From Promethearchaeota archaeon (GTDB lineage: Archaea; Asgardarchaeota; Lokiarchaeia; Sigyniarchaeales; SOKP01): a stretch of DNA of 64,000 nt. Below are positions 30,567 to 41,064 of this stretch, in pieces. The position numbers and the translations under genes are program-made. The notes beneath the pieces were generated by a model. It was not told where the DNA came from. It saw only the letters and a program-made list of their open reading frames with translations, and did no database searches. Numbering within the stretch: the first letter of the stretch is position 1; the number at the start of each line of letters is the position of its first letter. Where the stretch lies: the NCBI GenBank assembly GCA_019058445.1, contig JAHPZA010000006.1, positions 192,001 to 256,000 of the forward strand, written 5' to 3'.

Positions 30567-32354
30567 TTATTTTCCATATTTTTCCTTGTATAATGGATCT
30601 GCTTCCTGTAACGCTCTTCTCTGAACTTTGCCGATTAGGTTTTTAGGGACCTCTTCTATAAATTCAATAAGTTTTGGTACTTTCCAGTAAGTCATATTTT
30701 TATTAGCCCATTCTCTTATATTTTCTTCGGTAATTTTACCAACATAATCTGGTTTAATAGCAATCCATGCTTTTGCTATTTCTCCCACTTCTTCATCGGG
30801 TAAGCCTGCCACTGCTACTTCTAAAACCGCTTCATGCTTCATGAGTAGAGTTTCAATTTCTGTGGGAAAAACAGAGCGACCAGCGACTTTAATTAGTTGT
30901 TTCTTTCTATCACGAATTGAAACACAGCCATCCTCTCTCATGAATCCAATATCACCTGTACGGACCCATGTACGTCCATCCCATACTTTTAACGTATCAG
31001 CAGTAGCTTCTGGTTTATTTAAATACCCTTTCATAACCTGAGGCCCACATACACAGATTTCTCCCGTGTGTTCCTCTCCATATTTCGAACCAGGTAATCC
31101 ATCAGCAATGGGACCAGCCTTAAAATCGTCAGGATCAAAAATTGCCCAATCTGTACCGGGTATAGGCATTCCAACAGTACCAACTGGATTATCACCAAAT
31201 AAACTATTCGCACTAGAAACGCAAGTAGTCTCAGTTAACCCATAACCCTCTACCACTCTACCTCCTGTTCTTTCTTGAAATTTTTCTTGAACAGGTCGGT
31301 GCAATGGACCTGCTCCTGAGACACATAATCTCATTTTTCCCGATAGATTTGGATATGGACTAAGATCTGGAAAATCGGCAATTCTTTTAAAAAGAATTTC
31401 AGCTCCAGGATAAGCAAAACCTTGTGGTGCAGGCATGTCATTTATTACTTGAAGTAATTCATCGGTAGGAGGTGGTCTTGTGAATAATAGCATCCAACCA
31501 CCAGAAGTAATCGCTGCATTCATAACAGCTGTTATCGCAAAAGCATGAAACATAGGCAACACACCTATAACTCCCATCCCAGGCTGCTCCCCTCCAAATA
31601 TTAATCTTACTTGTACGGCATTACATACAATGTTAAAGTGAGTTAATATTGTCGCCTTAGGAACTCCTGTCGTACCTCCTGTCATTATATAAGTTCCAGT
31701 GTCTTCTACAGGATTAATATTCACGTCGGGGACGTCAGGCTCATTCGTTAAAAGCTCATAGAAATTATACGAGGGCTCGAAATCGATTTTTCCCTTACGA
31801 ATCTTACGTGTCTTTCTGGCTATATGATCTTTAAAGCTTTTGGTACCACTTACTAAATCCGCTACATTTGTATAGATTATCATTTCGATGTCAGTTTTAT
31901 CTATAATTGGTTTGACTAATATTTCATACATGGCTTCTAGTGTGATTATAGCCTTAGCTCCTGTAGTCTCTATGTGGTGTAAAACTTCAATAGGTTTATA
32001 AGTAACATTTATACCAGTAGGGATGGCACCTAATTTTGCGCATGCATAAAAACAGATTGGATACTGGAAGCAATTAGGCATTAGGAGTCCAATTACATCG
32101 CCTTTTTTGATTCCGAGTTTAGAAAGACTTGTTGCGACCATATCCATTGCTTCACCTACCTCGCCATAGGTCATCCAAGAACCCAGATAAAAGATTAAGT
32201 TATTATCTGAATATTTTTTACGCTGCCTATCAAAGAATTCGCCTAATGTAATTTTCTCAAAATCATAGTTTTTAGGAACATTTTCCGGCCACCATTTTTT
32301 AAACCAAGCTTTCTCTTCATTCACTTGCCATTCTTTTGCCATATTTAAAGACAT
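30567..32354 (-). CDS. Long-chain fatty acid--CoA ligase (paralogue; start approximate)
   Basis: MTGGTTGVPK, EGYGLTET, TGDIG, VPKNLIGK. Confidence 0.9.
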   Translation of the reverse strand: MSLNMAKEWQVNEEKAWFKKWWPENVPKNYDFEKITLGEFFDRQRKKYSDNNLIFYLGSWMTYGEVGEAMDMVATSLSKLGIKKGDVIGLLMPNCFQYPICFYACAKLGAIPTGINVTYKPIEVLHHIETTGAKAIITLEAMYEILVKPIIDKTDIEMIIYTNVADLVSGTKSFKDHIARKTRKIRKGKIDFEPSYNFYELLTNEPDVPDVNINPVEDTGTYIMTGGTTGVPKATILTHFNIVCNAVQVRLIFGGEQPGMGVIGVLPMFHAFAITAVMNAAITSGGWMLLFTRPPPTDELLQVINDMPAPQGFAYPGAEILFKRIADFPDLSPYPNLSGKMRLCVSGAGPLHRPVQEKFQERTGGRVVEGYGLTETTCVSSANSLFGDNPVGTVGMPIPGTDWAIFDPDDFKAGPIADGLPGSKYGEEHTGEICVCGPQVMKGYLNKPEATADTLKVWDGRTWVRTGDIGFMREDGCVSIRDRKKQLIKVAGRSVFPTEIETLLMKHEAVLEVAVAGLPDEEVGEIAKAWIAIKPDYVGKITEENIREWANKNMTYWKVPKLIEFIEEVPKNLIGKVQRRALQEADPLYKEKYGK

Positions 32355-32487
32355 TATTATCACTTTTTTGGATTTAATTCTAACTGTTTTGTTAATTAAA
32401 ATTTATGTTTAAATTTCGAATTATGATTAATATTGTTATTTTCATATTTAAGATTTTAAAAAAATGGAGTTAATACAAGCTGAAGAA

Positions 32488-34572
32488 TTAATCTAGAAAA
32501 GAATTAAGAGATAAATTTCGAATTTTACATTTATTTTCAGTCTTATTTTCGATAATTTTTTTTATATAATTAGAGATTTCCTTTCTCTTTTCTATGCTCG
32601 AAGGAATTGGCAAGATAACTTCTATTATCCTATTTCCTATAGTAGCAATTGTTCCTTGGATAAAGGTTATGCCTTGAATTTGTTTTTGAACAATGTCTAA
32701 ATTTAGTAAGTACAAAAGCAAATAAGAATCAATTGCCTCATCATTATTTAAAACTTTAAATTGATAAATATGGCTCTGGATGATAATTTCAGTGTCTAAA
32801 TGTGTAACGTAAGCTGTTTTTCCTATTAAATTTGGTCCACCATCTTTTACTAAAAGGATATCTCCCTCTTCAATATTTTGTTTTTCCTTATATAAATCAT
32901 ATACTTCCTTAGAAGTTCTTTTATTTGAATCCAGATTTACTTCCCAATTATGAATTTCACTAGTTCGAATAAATGGAACCTCTCCTAATCCATAAACAGA
33001 AGAACCTATTTCATTTCCCCGGGGGAGATATTCTCCTTTATTTGAAAAGATTATTTTTCTTTGAATTAAATCTCTAATTGAAACTAATTCAAAATGTGTA
33101 TCGTCCTTAAGATTTTTAAGTGTTTTTTCAACTCCAGTATAATAATTTGGAATAAATATATTATTTTTAATTTGATTAAAATTGATCTTAAAGATTTTTT
33201 GTTCTTTGTGGTAATTAAAATCTTCAGCCCCCTTAAGTTGGAGATGGAGATCTAGCAAATCATCATTTATGATTGGTTCTCCATCTTGATTTAATATTCT
33301 ACTACCATCTTTATTTAATTGGTATTGAATTTTCCCATCTTTATCGTGACCCACATTATCAATAATTGCAAAGTCAATTTTATAATTATCTGGGATATCT
33401 TTTAATTTTTGGAAGAACAAGACTGAAGCTTTATTACAAGTATAAGGTTGAAATGTATTTTGATCTAAAGAAACAATCCCTAAAATCTTACCATTTGATT
33501 TAAGATATTCCCAAATATATCTATCTGAGGGATTTCCAAAGATCCCTTCAGGTAATACAATTCCTAATTTTCCACCATCCTTAAGAAGTTGGACACACCT
33601 TTCAATAAATAAGATTTGAGGGGGTTGCTGCCTGAAAAGCTTGTTTAATCTTTCCCATTTTCCATTAATATTCTTCCAAACATGCCCAAATTCATATTTA
33701 TTTAGAAGATCTTTAGTATTTATTGGAATTTTTGCCCCAAATGGAGGATTAGTAAGGATTACATCAAAAAATCCGTTTTTTATTACCTGTTTGGCTTGAT
33801 TTCGATAGTTTTTAAAGTCCAATGAATCTTCACAAAATACAAGTGATTTTCCACCACTTAATATTTCCAGATATAATTTGCATATTCTTGCGAGGAAGAG
33901 ATCTTTATCTATTCCATATAGGTTGGAAATTACATCTATTTTCTTCTTTTTATTAGTTAGTTTAGACCAAATAAATTCTTTCGTTTCAAGAAGGAACCCC
34001 CCATGCCCACAAGCAGGGTCTAAAATCTTAGAATTAACATTTGGATCTAAATATTTTACCATGAAACTTACAACATTGGGGGGTGTGAAAAATTGACCCC
34101 CCTCATCCTTTAGAATTTTACTCACAAAAATTTCGAAAGCATCACTCAAAATATCCTTAGAGGATTGAAGTAGAGAAATATGTTGTAACTCCTTTACGAT
34201 CAAATAGACTAAATCTTCATTTAGACTAATGGTTTCATTTTTTCCAAAAATATTAGGGTATTTAGATTTCACATTATTTTTGAAAAAATTTTGAATTCTC
34301 TCGAGTAATACTTTCTCAGTTTCGTTTTCTTTAACACAAAAACTAACCTCATCTTCGGGAGCTTTATTAATCTCATCAACTAATTTACATAATAGGAGAT
34401 TAACGATTACTTTGGAGCGGGTTCTTGTATCTGTATCGGTATATTTTAGCTTCCCATATAGATGTTGATTGATTAAAAGAAAGGTTTTCTTAAGGTTTGG
34501 AGATTTAACCAAATCTTTTTTTTTTAAAATTGCAGTTTGTTTCTCTACGTAATCAGTAATTTTTACCGGCAT
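32488..34572 (-). CDS. N6-adenine DNA methyltransferase (HsdM-like) fused to one target-recognition domain
   Basis: GQFFTP, LDPACGHGGFL, TNPPFG, VLPEG; C-terminal GEVPFIRTSEI..GDILL..IG..ILPIPS TRD-like region. Confidence 0.85.
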   Translation of the reverse strand: MPVKITDYVEKQTAILKKKDLVKSPNLKKTFLLINQHLYGKLKYTDTDTRTRSKVIVNLLLCKLVDEINKAPEDEVSFCVKENETEKVLLERIQNFFKNNVKSKYPNIFGKNETISLNEDLVYLIVKELQHISLLQSSKDILSDAFEIFVSKILKDEGGQFFTPPNVVSFMVKYLDPNVNSKILDPACGHGGFLLETKEFIWSKLTNKKKKIDVISNLYGIDKDLFLARICKLYLEILSGGKSLVFCEDSLDFKNYRNQAKQVIKNGFFDVILTNPPFGAKIPINTKDLLNKYEFGHVWKNINGKWERLNKLFRQQPPQILFIERCVQLLKDGGKLGIVLPEGIFGNPSDRYIWEYLKSNGKILGIVSLDQNTFQPYTCNKASVLFFQKLKDIPDNYKIDFAIIDNVGHDKDGKIQYQLNKDGSRILNQDGEPIINDDLLDLHLQLKGAEDFNYHKEQKIFKINFNQIKNNIFIPNYYTGVEKTLKNLKDDTHFELVSIRDLIQRKIIFSNKGEYLPRGNEIGSSVYGLGEVPFIRTSEIHNWEVNLDSNKRTSKEVYDLYKEKQNIEEGDILLVKDGGPNLIGKTAYVTHLDTEIIIQSHIYQFKVLNNDEAIDSYLLLYLLNLDIVQKQIQGITFIQGTIATIGNRIIEVILPIPSSIEKRKEISNYIKKIIENKTENKCKIRNLSLNSFLD

Positions 34573-34683
34573 TTATACTCATTAGAGCATTTCCTAATTA
34601 TATTATGAAGGATTGTATATAATCCTCTATGATACCTTGTTTTATTTTATTATTTATTAATAGAAAATTAAGTTTTAGAAATC

Positions 34684-36249
34684 CTATGATTTTGGCATAC
34701 GAGCATTTCCGTTCATTATTTTGCGGTCAAGAATCATATCATTGACTTGAATTCCTGCGAGCAAACAACCAAAAACTCCATGGACAAATTTTGGTTGAAA
34801 TAATCCTTTTATTGGGGTTCTCATTTTTAGACGGGTTCTCCCGAAATTGTTAGGATAAGGGGCCATATCATAAACTGCCCCTGAGGGTGAACCAGAATAG
34901 CGGGCATACGTAGCTGGAGTAGAGATATCAATAACAAGAATATGCTTTCTTAGGTCCGGAATTAGATATTTTTCCACTTTATCTATGAAAAACTCTGCCC
35001 ATTTTTCCTTTTTTTCTGTATACTTTTTATAGTTTTTTTCTCTTAACTCCGCCCAATCAGCAAGAGCCATGGGTGTTATTCTCACGATTATGTTCGGTCT
35101 CCCGCCTGTAGTTAATGAGGGACAAACTACCCCTATATGGAATAACTTATCAGAAAATGCGATTTGTCCTTTTTCATATGCCTCAAATAATCGATCATAA
35201 GTATCTCCACCTGTGGTAATCACATTATATCCACAATCTAAACCTAATCCAGCAAGATCAATTTCATCATCCAATCCTATACTAAGATTCATTGAAGAAG
35301 TTGACATTTTCACCTTTTCCACCTTATCGGCATATTTTTTATTATATTGCCTTATAATATCTAATCCCACCATATCCTTCATTGCAACTTTAGGATCTAC
35401 TGTGGTAACCACATAATCCGAATAAATTTCTTCCCCATCTGATAATCTCACACCCTTTACTTGGTCTTTCTCAACAAGAATCTTTTCTACTTTCGTCTTT
35501 AAACGCAATTCCCCTCCCAGGCTTAAATATCGTTCTTCAATTTTTTTGGGAAATTCGATAAAACCTTTCGTTGGGCGAAATGCTCCGTCTAAAAGGGAAT
35601 TCATAGCCGAAAGTGGTACAATTGCTACAACTTGTTCGCTTGGAATGGCACTAAATTCCGCAAATACATTGAAGATCTCAATAACATCGGGTTCCGTGAT
35701 TTTAAATTTTTCAAAATATTTTTTGAATGTTTTCGAGGCATTTTTAACTATTTTTGGGCATGAAACTAACATTTTTAGAATTTCTGTAAATTTAGGTTCC
35801 ATTTTTAACTTAAATAATTCCAAATACATCGCACGAGAATAATCCAAGAATTTTCTGATTTCTTGTGCGTTATTCGGATATTTTTCCATTAACATTTTTT
35901 TAAATGTTTCTACTCCTGAAGGTAATTCGAGTACTCTAACCTCCTCTGTGTCAGGATTTACTAAAAAAATCCTCATGTAATATCCCTTAAAGCTCTTAAG
36001 CTCTATATCAACCCCGAGATATTCTAAAATTTCTGAAAGGTTAGGAATGATTTGGCAGGTATCGAATACATAATCTTCTCTTTCGTATGATGTCACATAT
36101 CCCCCCGTTTTTGGTTCTTTTTCAATAAGAAGAACTGGCTCCTTTTTAACATCATGATTAATAGCCCAAGTAAGGGCAGTACTCAACCCGGTTATTCCTC
36201 CTCCAACAACGATTAAAGCCTTTTTCTTAGAAGTTTTTATTTCATTCAT
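34684..36249 (-). CDS. Phytoene desaturase/retinol saturase-family FAD oxidoreductase (COG1233)
   Basis: VVGGGITGL, EKEPKTGG, STPATYARYSGSPSGAVY, TPIKGL. Confidence 0.82.
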   Translation of the reverse strand: MNEIKTSKKKALIVVGGGITGLSTALTWAINHDVKKEPVLLIEKEPKTGGYVTSYEREDYVFDTCQIIPNLSEILEYLGVDIELKSFKGYYMRIFLVNPDTEEVRVLELPSGVETFKKMLMEKYPNNAQEIRKFLDYSRAMYLELFKLKMEPKFTEILKMLVSCPKIVKNASKTFKKYFEKFKITEPDVIEIFNVFAEFSAIPSEQVVAIVPLSAMNSLLDGAFRPTKGFIEFPKKIEERYLSLGGELRLKTKVEKILVEKDQVKGVRLSDGEEIYSDYVVTTVDPKVAMKDMVGLDIIRQYNKKYADKVEKVKMSTSSMNLSIGLDDEIDLAGLGLDCGYNVITTGGDTYDRLFEAYEKGQIAFSDKLFHIGVVCPSLTTGGRPNIIVRITPMALADWAELREKNYKKYTEKKEKWAEFFIDKVEKYLIPDLRKHILVIDISTPATYARYSGSPSGAVYDMAPYPNNFGRTRLKMRTPIKGLFQPKFVHGVFGCLLAGIQVNDMILDRKIMNGNARMPKS

Positions 36250-36366
36250 AATTTATATCACTGTATTAATTTTTCAGTTAATTAATTCTAAAATTAGGAT
36301 TAATTATAAAAATACTTTTATCTAATATTCAAAGGAATAACATAAATTTTAATTTAAAATATATGG

Positions 36367-37767
36367 GTGTTTATTTTGCAGTCAGAAGAAATTGAAGTTA
36401 CACATAGTAAAAAAATTATGATCTCGTATAATTTCGGTTCCCTTTGTAGAGAATTCATTGCAATGGCTTTTGCGGTATTGGTATTTTTTTACTATGAGGT
36501 AGAAATCGGATTGAATGTCTGGATTCTCGGTCTGGGATTAGTTATTTTTGCGATATATAATGCTATTAACGATCCACTTTTAGGATTTTTAACCAATAGG
36601 CCTTTTAAATTCACAAAAAAATGGGGAAGAAGAATGCCATGGATGCTTTTAGGGGGATTACCTCTCGGTTTTAGTTATTTTTTAATTTTTATCCCTCCCA
36701 ATGTCGATCCAAAATCAGGAGCATGGATTCTATTTGGGTGGCTTGTATTTACCACTTGCTTATTCGACACTTTTCATTCAATATTCTTTGTCAACTACCA
36801 AGCGCTCTTTCCAGATAAATTCCGTTCAGTTAAAGAACGTAGAACAGTTGTAGGATTTCAAGTTGTTTTAGGTGCATTAGGAGTTGCCTTGGGAGCTATA
36901 TTACCTCCGTTGCTTATAACTTTTGGAAATTTGGAATCATACATCTTTCAAGGATTTGTGGTGTTTGTAATAGGTCTCGTTACTATTATTTTTGCAATAC
37001 CTGGTTGGCATGAAGATCCGAAAATGATTGAGCGATATCTCGAATCCGTTCAAGAAAAAGTGGAAACTCCTTTTGTTGTTGCTATGAAACAAGCTTTTAA
37101 ACAAAAATCATTTATAGGGTATATTGTCCTATACACAATGTATTTTGTTATAATAAATTCTATGCAGGCTTCTTTACCTTATGTTGTTCTCTTCATTTTG
37201 AAAATGCCGGCAGGTGCAACCTCACTCATTATGGCAGGATTTCTCTTAGGTGCTATGATTTCAGTTCCTTTTTGGGTTAAGATGTCACAGAAAGTAAATG
37301 ACAATAGAAAAATTATGCTATTGACATCGATTTTAATGGGTATTTTTGTATTCCCATTAGCTTTCATCCAAAATTATTATCTTATGGCCGTTGGAGTTTT
37401 TATATGGGGTTTGGCACAAGGAGGATATTGGGCAATGATCTTTCCTACGTTTTCAGATGTAATCGATGAATCCGTAGTTTTACATGAAAAACGTGAGGAA
37501 GGAACATATATTGGAATTCAACAATTTTTCGGTCGTTTAGGGCTCATCATCCAAGTCATGAGCTTTGCGATAGTTCATACACTTACAGGATTCGTGGAAG
37601 GATCACAAACTCAAACTCCACTAGCAACATGGGGTATACGAATTCATTTAGCAATAATCCCTGGTATTGCCATTCTTTTAGGTGCATTGGTATTTTGGAA
37701 AATGTATGATCTAAATCCCGACAGAATAAGCGAAAATCAACTCAAAATTCAACAATTAAAATTATAA
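36367..37767 (+). CDS. MFS glycoside-pentoside-hexuronide transporter
   Basis: YNAINDPLLG, WGRRMPW, DVIDE..KREEG; ~12 TM. Confidence 0.88.
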   Translation: MFILQSEEIEVTHSKKIMISYNFGSLCREFIAMAFAVLVFFYYEVEIGLNVWILGLGLVIFAIYNAINDPLLGFLTNRPFKFTKKWGRRMPWMLLGGLPLGFSYFLIFIPPNVDPKSGAWILFGWLVFTTCLFDTFHSIFFVNYQALFPDKFRSVKERRTVVGFQVVLGALGVALGAILPPLLITFGNLESYIFQGFVVFVIGLVTIIFAIPGWHEDPKMIERYLESVQEKVETPFVVAMKQAFKQKSFIGYIVLYTMYFVIINSMQASLPYVVLFILKMPAGATSLIMAGFLLGAMISVPFWVKMSQKVNDNRKIMLLTSILMGIFVFPLAFIQNYYLMAVGVFIWGLAQGGYWAMIFPTFSDVIDESVVLHEKREEGTYIGIQQFFGRLGLIIQVMSFAIVHTLTGFVEGSQTQTPLATWGIRIHLAIIPGIAILLGALVFWKMYDLNPDRISENQLKIQQLKL

Positions 37768-37848
37768 AAGAAACAATCTATATTATTAAAATTTTTTTTC
37801 CTTTTTTTTTGGCGTTTAGAATATTCTAAAAGTAGGGATAATTTATTT

Positions 37849-38640
37849 TTGCATATGATATTAAATAATGAAGATTTTGGAGAATTTATTGAATTTTCTG
37901 TTAGCAAACGGTTTGGTATTATCAAACTTAATAGAGTCCATAGAGCCAACGCATTAACTATTGATATGGTTAAGAATCTTAAGAAAGCTCTAATTCATTG
38001 TCAAAATAATGAAAAAATTAGAGGAATTATTTTAACGGGAAACGGAACAACATTTACGACGGGATTGGATATGGATACTATTGATGGAAGTGATCAAGTT
38101 GCGGTGCGGGAGTATGAAAAAACCGCAGCAGATATCGCAGAATTAATTTTTAATGGTAAGCCAACAATCTGCGCTGTTAATGGTCGTGCTATGGGTGATG
38201 GGGTTGCATATGCTTTATGTTCGGATTATAGAATCGCTATTAAAGAGAGTTTTTTTATGATGCCTGAAATAAAGTCTGGGATTTTTCCGGGAGCTGGAAC
38301 TATTGTATTATTGACAAGAATGATTGGAATTCCTTGGACCAAAAGAATATTAATGTTTGCTGAAAAAATATCCACAGAAAAGGCATTAGAAATAGGTTTA
38401 ATTGATCATATCGTGGATAATCGTGAAGAATTAATGGAGGAAACCATGAGAAAAGCCAGATTTCTCTTTACTAAAAATCAACCAGCATTAAACTTAATTA
38501 AATTATGTAGCAATCATCTCTCTGATAAGTCATATAATGACGCGTATAGCTTAGAAAAAGAAGCATTGATGGGATGGGCCGAAGAAAAAGACAAACTCCA
38601 ATTTGTTGAAAATTTTCGAAACAAATTGATGAATAAATAA
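37849..38640 (+). CDS. Enoyl-CoA hydratase/isomerase (crotonase) family
   Basis: LNRVHRANAL, FTTGLD, KPTICAVNG, MPEIKSGIFPG. Confidence 0.85.
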   Translation: MHMILNNEDFGEFIEFSVSKRFGIIKLNRVHRANALTIDMVKNLKKALIHCQNNEKIRGIILTGNGTTFTTGLDMDTIDGSDQVAVREYEKTAADIAELIFNGKPTICAVNGRAMGDGVAYALCSDYRIAIKESFFMMPEIKSGIFPGAGTIVLLTRMIGIPWTKRILMFAEKISTEKALEIGLIDHIVDNREELMEETMRKARFLFTKNQPALNLIKLCSNHLSDKSYNDAYSLEKEALMGWAEEKDKLQFVENFRNKLMNK

Positions 38641-38740
38641 TCTTTCTGGATTACCCTTCGTTTTAAATTTTCAGAAGTTTATAGATTTATAAGAAAAGAA
38701 AACCATGCATTAATAACAAGTTGTAATTTAAAGCAAAATT

Positions 38741-39385
38741 ATGATGGGATTTAATTTTGAGAGTTTAAAATCATGGAAACGAGTAGCTTGTCTAATTACT
38801 ATAATAGCTACGCTACAGATGATAGTTTTAACTTTAATTGCTATGATATTATACCCAGATGGATATTCCTTTGCAGAACATTTTTTTAGTCATCTAGGAT
38901 TAACACGCACTCCAAACGGTTCAGATAATACCGTCTGCAGGATTTTATTTATTATTGCTTTAATGGGTGCCGCAATCGGATTAATCCCATTTTGGGCAGT
39001 TATGACTACAATTTTTTCAAAGTTAGAAAGAATAAAGTATCTTAGTTACTTTGGGTCCATTCTTGGCTTTCTTTCTTCCCCATTTTTAATGGGTGTGGCA
39101 ATTTTCCCAGGAGATACACAGGGAGCCCTTCATAGTTTATCCGCGAAAATCTATTTCCTTCTTTTCGCAATCGCAATCGTAGTGTATTCATTAGCAATAT
39201 TCTTTAATAAAGATTATCAGAACTTATATGCTATTGTTGGGATACTTTTTTCTATTATAATCTGCTTATATATATTCCAGTTTTTTAGTGCTATTGGTCC
39301 GACTATGCAAAAAACAATAATTTATGGCTTCTGTTTATGGGGAGCTCTTCAAATAACAAAAGTCTGGAAAGAGGTTGGTACTTAA
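38741..39385 (+). CDS. DUF998-like membrane protein
   Basis: YPDGYSFAEHFFSHLG, GVAIFP..LH; ~6 TM. Confidence 0.65.
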   Translation: MMGFNFESLKSWKRVACLITIIATLQMIVLTLIAMILYPDGYSFAEHFFSHLGLTRTPNGSDNTVCRILFIIALMGAAIGLIPFWAVMTTIFSKLERIKYLSYFGSILGFLSSPFLMGVAIFPGDTQGALHSLSAKIYFLLFAIAIVVYSLAIFFNKDYQNLYAIVGILFSIIICLYIFQFFSAIGPTMQKTIIYGFCLWGALQITKVWKEVGT

Positions 39386-40145
39386 AGTGATTAAATCTAT
39401 TCAAACCCATTTGGAACGGATTTTTATTGCATTTTTAACTTTAGAGCTTTTAAAATCTTGGAAACGTGTAAGTTGTATCATAACTATGGTAGGGGGATTT
39501 CTATTTATATTACTAACTTTTATCGCTATGTTTTTTTATGAGGGAGGTTATTCTTTCACGGAAGATTATTTTAGCACCTTAGGAACAACCGTTAATGCAA
39601 AAACAAGCTCCTCAAATTTAATTTCAAGAATTTTATTTTTAATTGCATGCGTCGTAGTAGGAGCGTCTTTAATTCCATTTTGGATTGTATTTACTACTCT
39701 CTTTACCGAATCTAAATTAACATATTATATCAGTCTATTCGGCTCAAGCATAGGAGTAGCATCTTCTCTATTTTTAATGAGTGTAGGAATTTTCGCTGAG
39801 GACACCCAATATTTCCTCCATACAACTTTAGCTAGATTGTTTTTCATTTTTATTATGATTGCAATCTTGACATATTCTTTTGTAATTTTATTGAATTCAG
39901 AATATCCTAATAGTTATTCCTATATAGGCGTACTATTTTCTATTTCAAGCATAGCCTTCCTATATATTTTCAGATATTCAACACAAATTAGCGTGATTAT
40001 GCAAAAAATTATAGTTTACGGTTTTTGTTTGTGGACAGTGCTTCAAATTTCACAAGTTTGGAAGAAATATGGAATACCCCTCAATACTAAAAGACTACTG
40101 GGATTTTCACTAAAAAGATTTTCTTTTAAACAACAGAAATTTTAA
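39375..40145 (+). CDS. DUF998-like membrane protein, tandem paralogue (start uncertain, possibly ATT at 39426)
   Basis: LKSWKRV and YEGGYSFTEDYFSTLG parallel the upstream gene. Confidence 0.65.
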   Translation: MVLKVIKSIQTHLERIFIAFLTLELLKSWKRVSCIITMVGGFLFILLTFIAMFFYEGGYSFTEDYFSTLGTTVNAKTSSSNLISRILFLIACVVVGASLIPFWIVFTTLFTESKLTYYISLFGSSIGVASSLFLMSVGIFAEDTQYFLHTTLARLFFIFIMIAILTYSFVILLNSEYPNSYSYIGVLFSISSIAFLYIFRYSTQISVIMQKIIVYGFCLWTVLQISQVWKKYGIPLNTKRLLGFSLKRFSFKQQKF

Positions 40146-40323
40146 CTCATTTCATTGTTTTCTTACATTTTTACAAAAACTTAAAATAACAAAATCTTTA
40201 AACAAAATCTAAGTTTATACAAATTAATTATCTAAAGATAATTGGTTTTGTAAACTAACAGATATAAGATTGGAAAAGAATTGAAAGGAGAAATTAGAAT
40301 AGTTAAATTCTCACGGAAAAAAG

Positions 40324-40626
40324 GTGTCGATTTTGGCTAAAAAAGATTTTAAAAATGACTCAAATGTGTATATTGGCAAAAAAAGATCAATCAATTATGT
40401 CCTAGCGGCAATGGTTATCTTAAATGAGGACCGATCAGTTAGATTACTCGCACGAGGTAAATCTATTAGTCGAGCTGTGGACGTTGCTGAAATTTTAAGA
40501 AATAATTTTATTAAAGGTGCCAATTATGGTGAGGTTTTAATCGATTCAGAAGAAATTACTAATAGAGATGGCTCGAAAAGTAATGTTTCAAGCATGGAAA
40601 TCGAAATCTTACCGCCAAAAAAATAA
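40324..40626 (+). CDS. albA: DNA/RNA-binding protein Alba
   Basis: VYIGKK..NYVLA, LARGKSISRAVDVAE, SNVSSMEI. Confidence 0.93.
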   Translation: MSILAKKDFKNDSNVYIGKKRSINYVLAAMVILNEDRSVRLLARGKSISRAVDVAEILRNNFIKGANYGEVLIDSEEITNRDGSKSNVSSMEIEILPPKK

Positions 40627-40651
40627 ACTATACAAATAAGATTCAGGAGAT

Positions 40652-40682
40652 AATCAGGAAATATTCTTGATTCTTTTTTTTT
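40652..40682 (+). terminator. Hairpin plus T-tract after alba
   Basis: AATCAGGA/TCTTGATT stem followed by a T run. Confidence 0.45.
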
Positions 40683-40703
40683 AATTTTTATTATACAATT
40701 TTT

Positions 40704-41003
40704 TTAGAGAGTACTTTTTAATTCATTCAACTGAGTTATCACTTTATCAATTTTTTCTTTTGTTATATCTTTGTCTGTCAAATCCCTCATCAATCCGATA
40801 AAATCGTTAATGATTGGATGCTCCACTACAACTAACGTCTGATTTAATGTGTTTACGTCCAAAATCAATGCAGAGTTTAATACTTCAGCCATTCCTAATA
40901 TATCCTTAAGCACTAGTTTATTATCTTCTGTATAATTTACAATGACAATATCTTCCATTATTTGAGAACTATCATTTTTTCGAATTATTTTAAATTCACA
41001 CAT
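40704..41003 (-). CDS. cooT: CooT-family nickel-binding protein
   Basis: MCEF..IMEDIV..LKDILG signature; divergent from cdhB. Confidence 0.8.
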   Translation of the reverse strand: MCEFKIIRKNDSSQIMEDIVIVNYTEDNKLVLKDILGMAEVLNSALILDVNTLNQTLVVVEHPIINDFIGLMRDLTDKDITKEKIDKVITQLNELKSTL

Positions 41004-41064
41004 ATTTAACTCCTCATCAAACTTCTCTTAAGAATAAATATTTATCATAATGATATAGACGATT

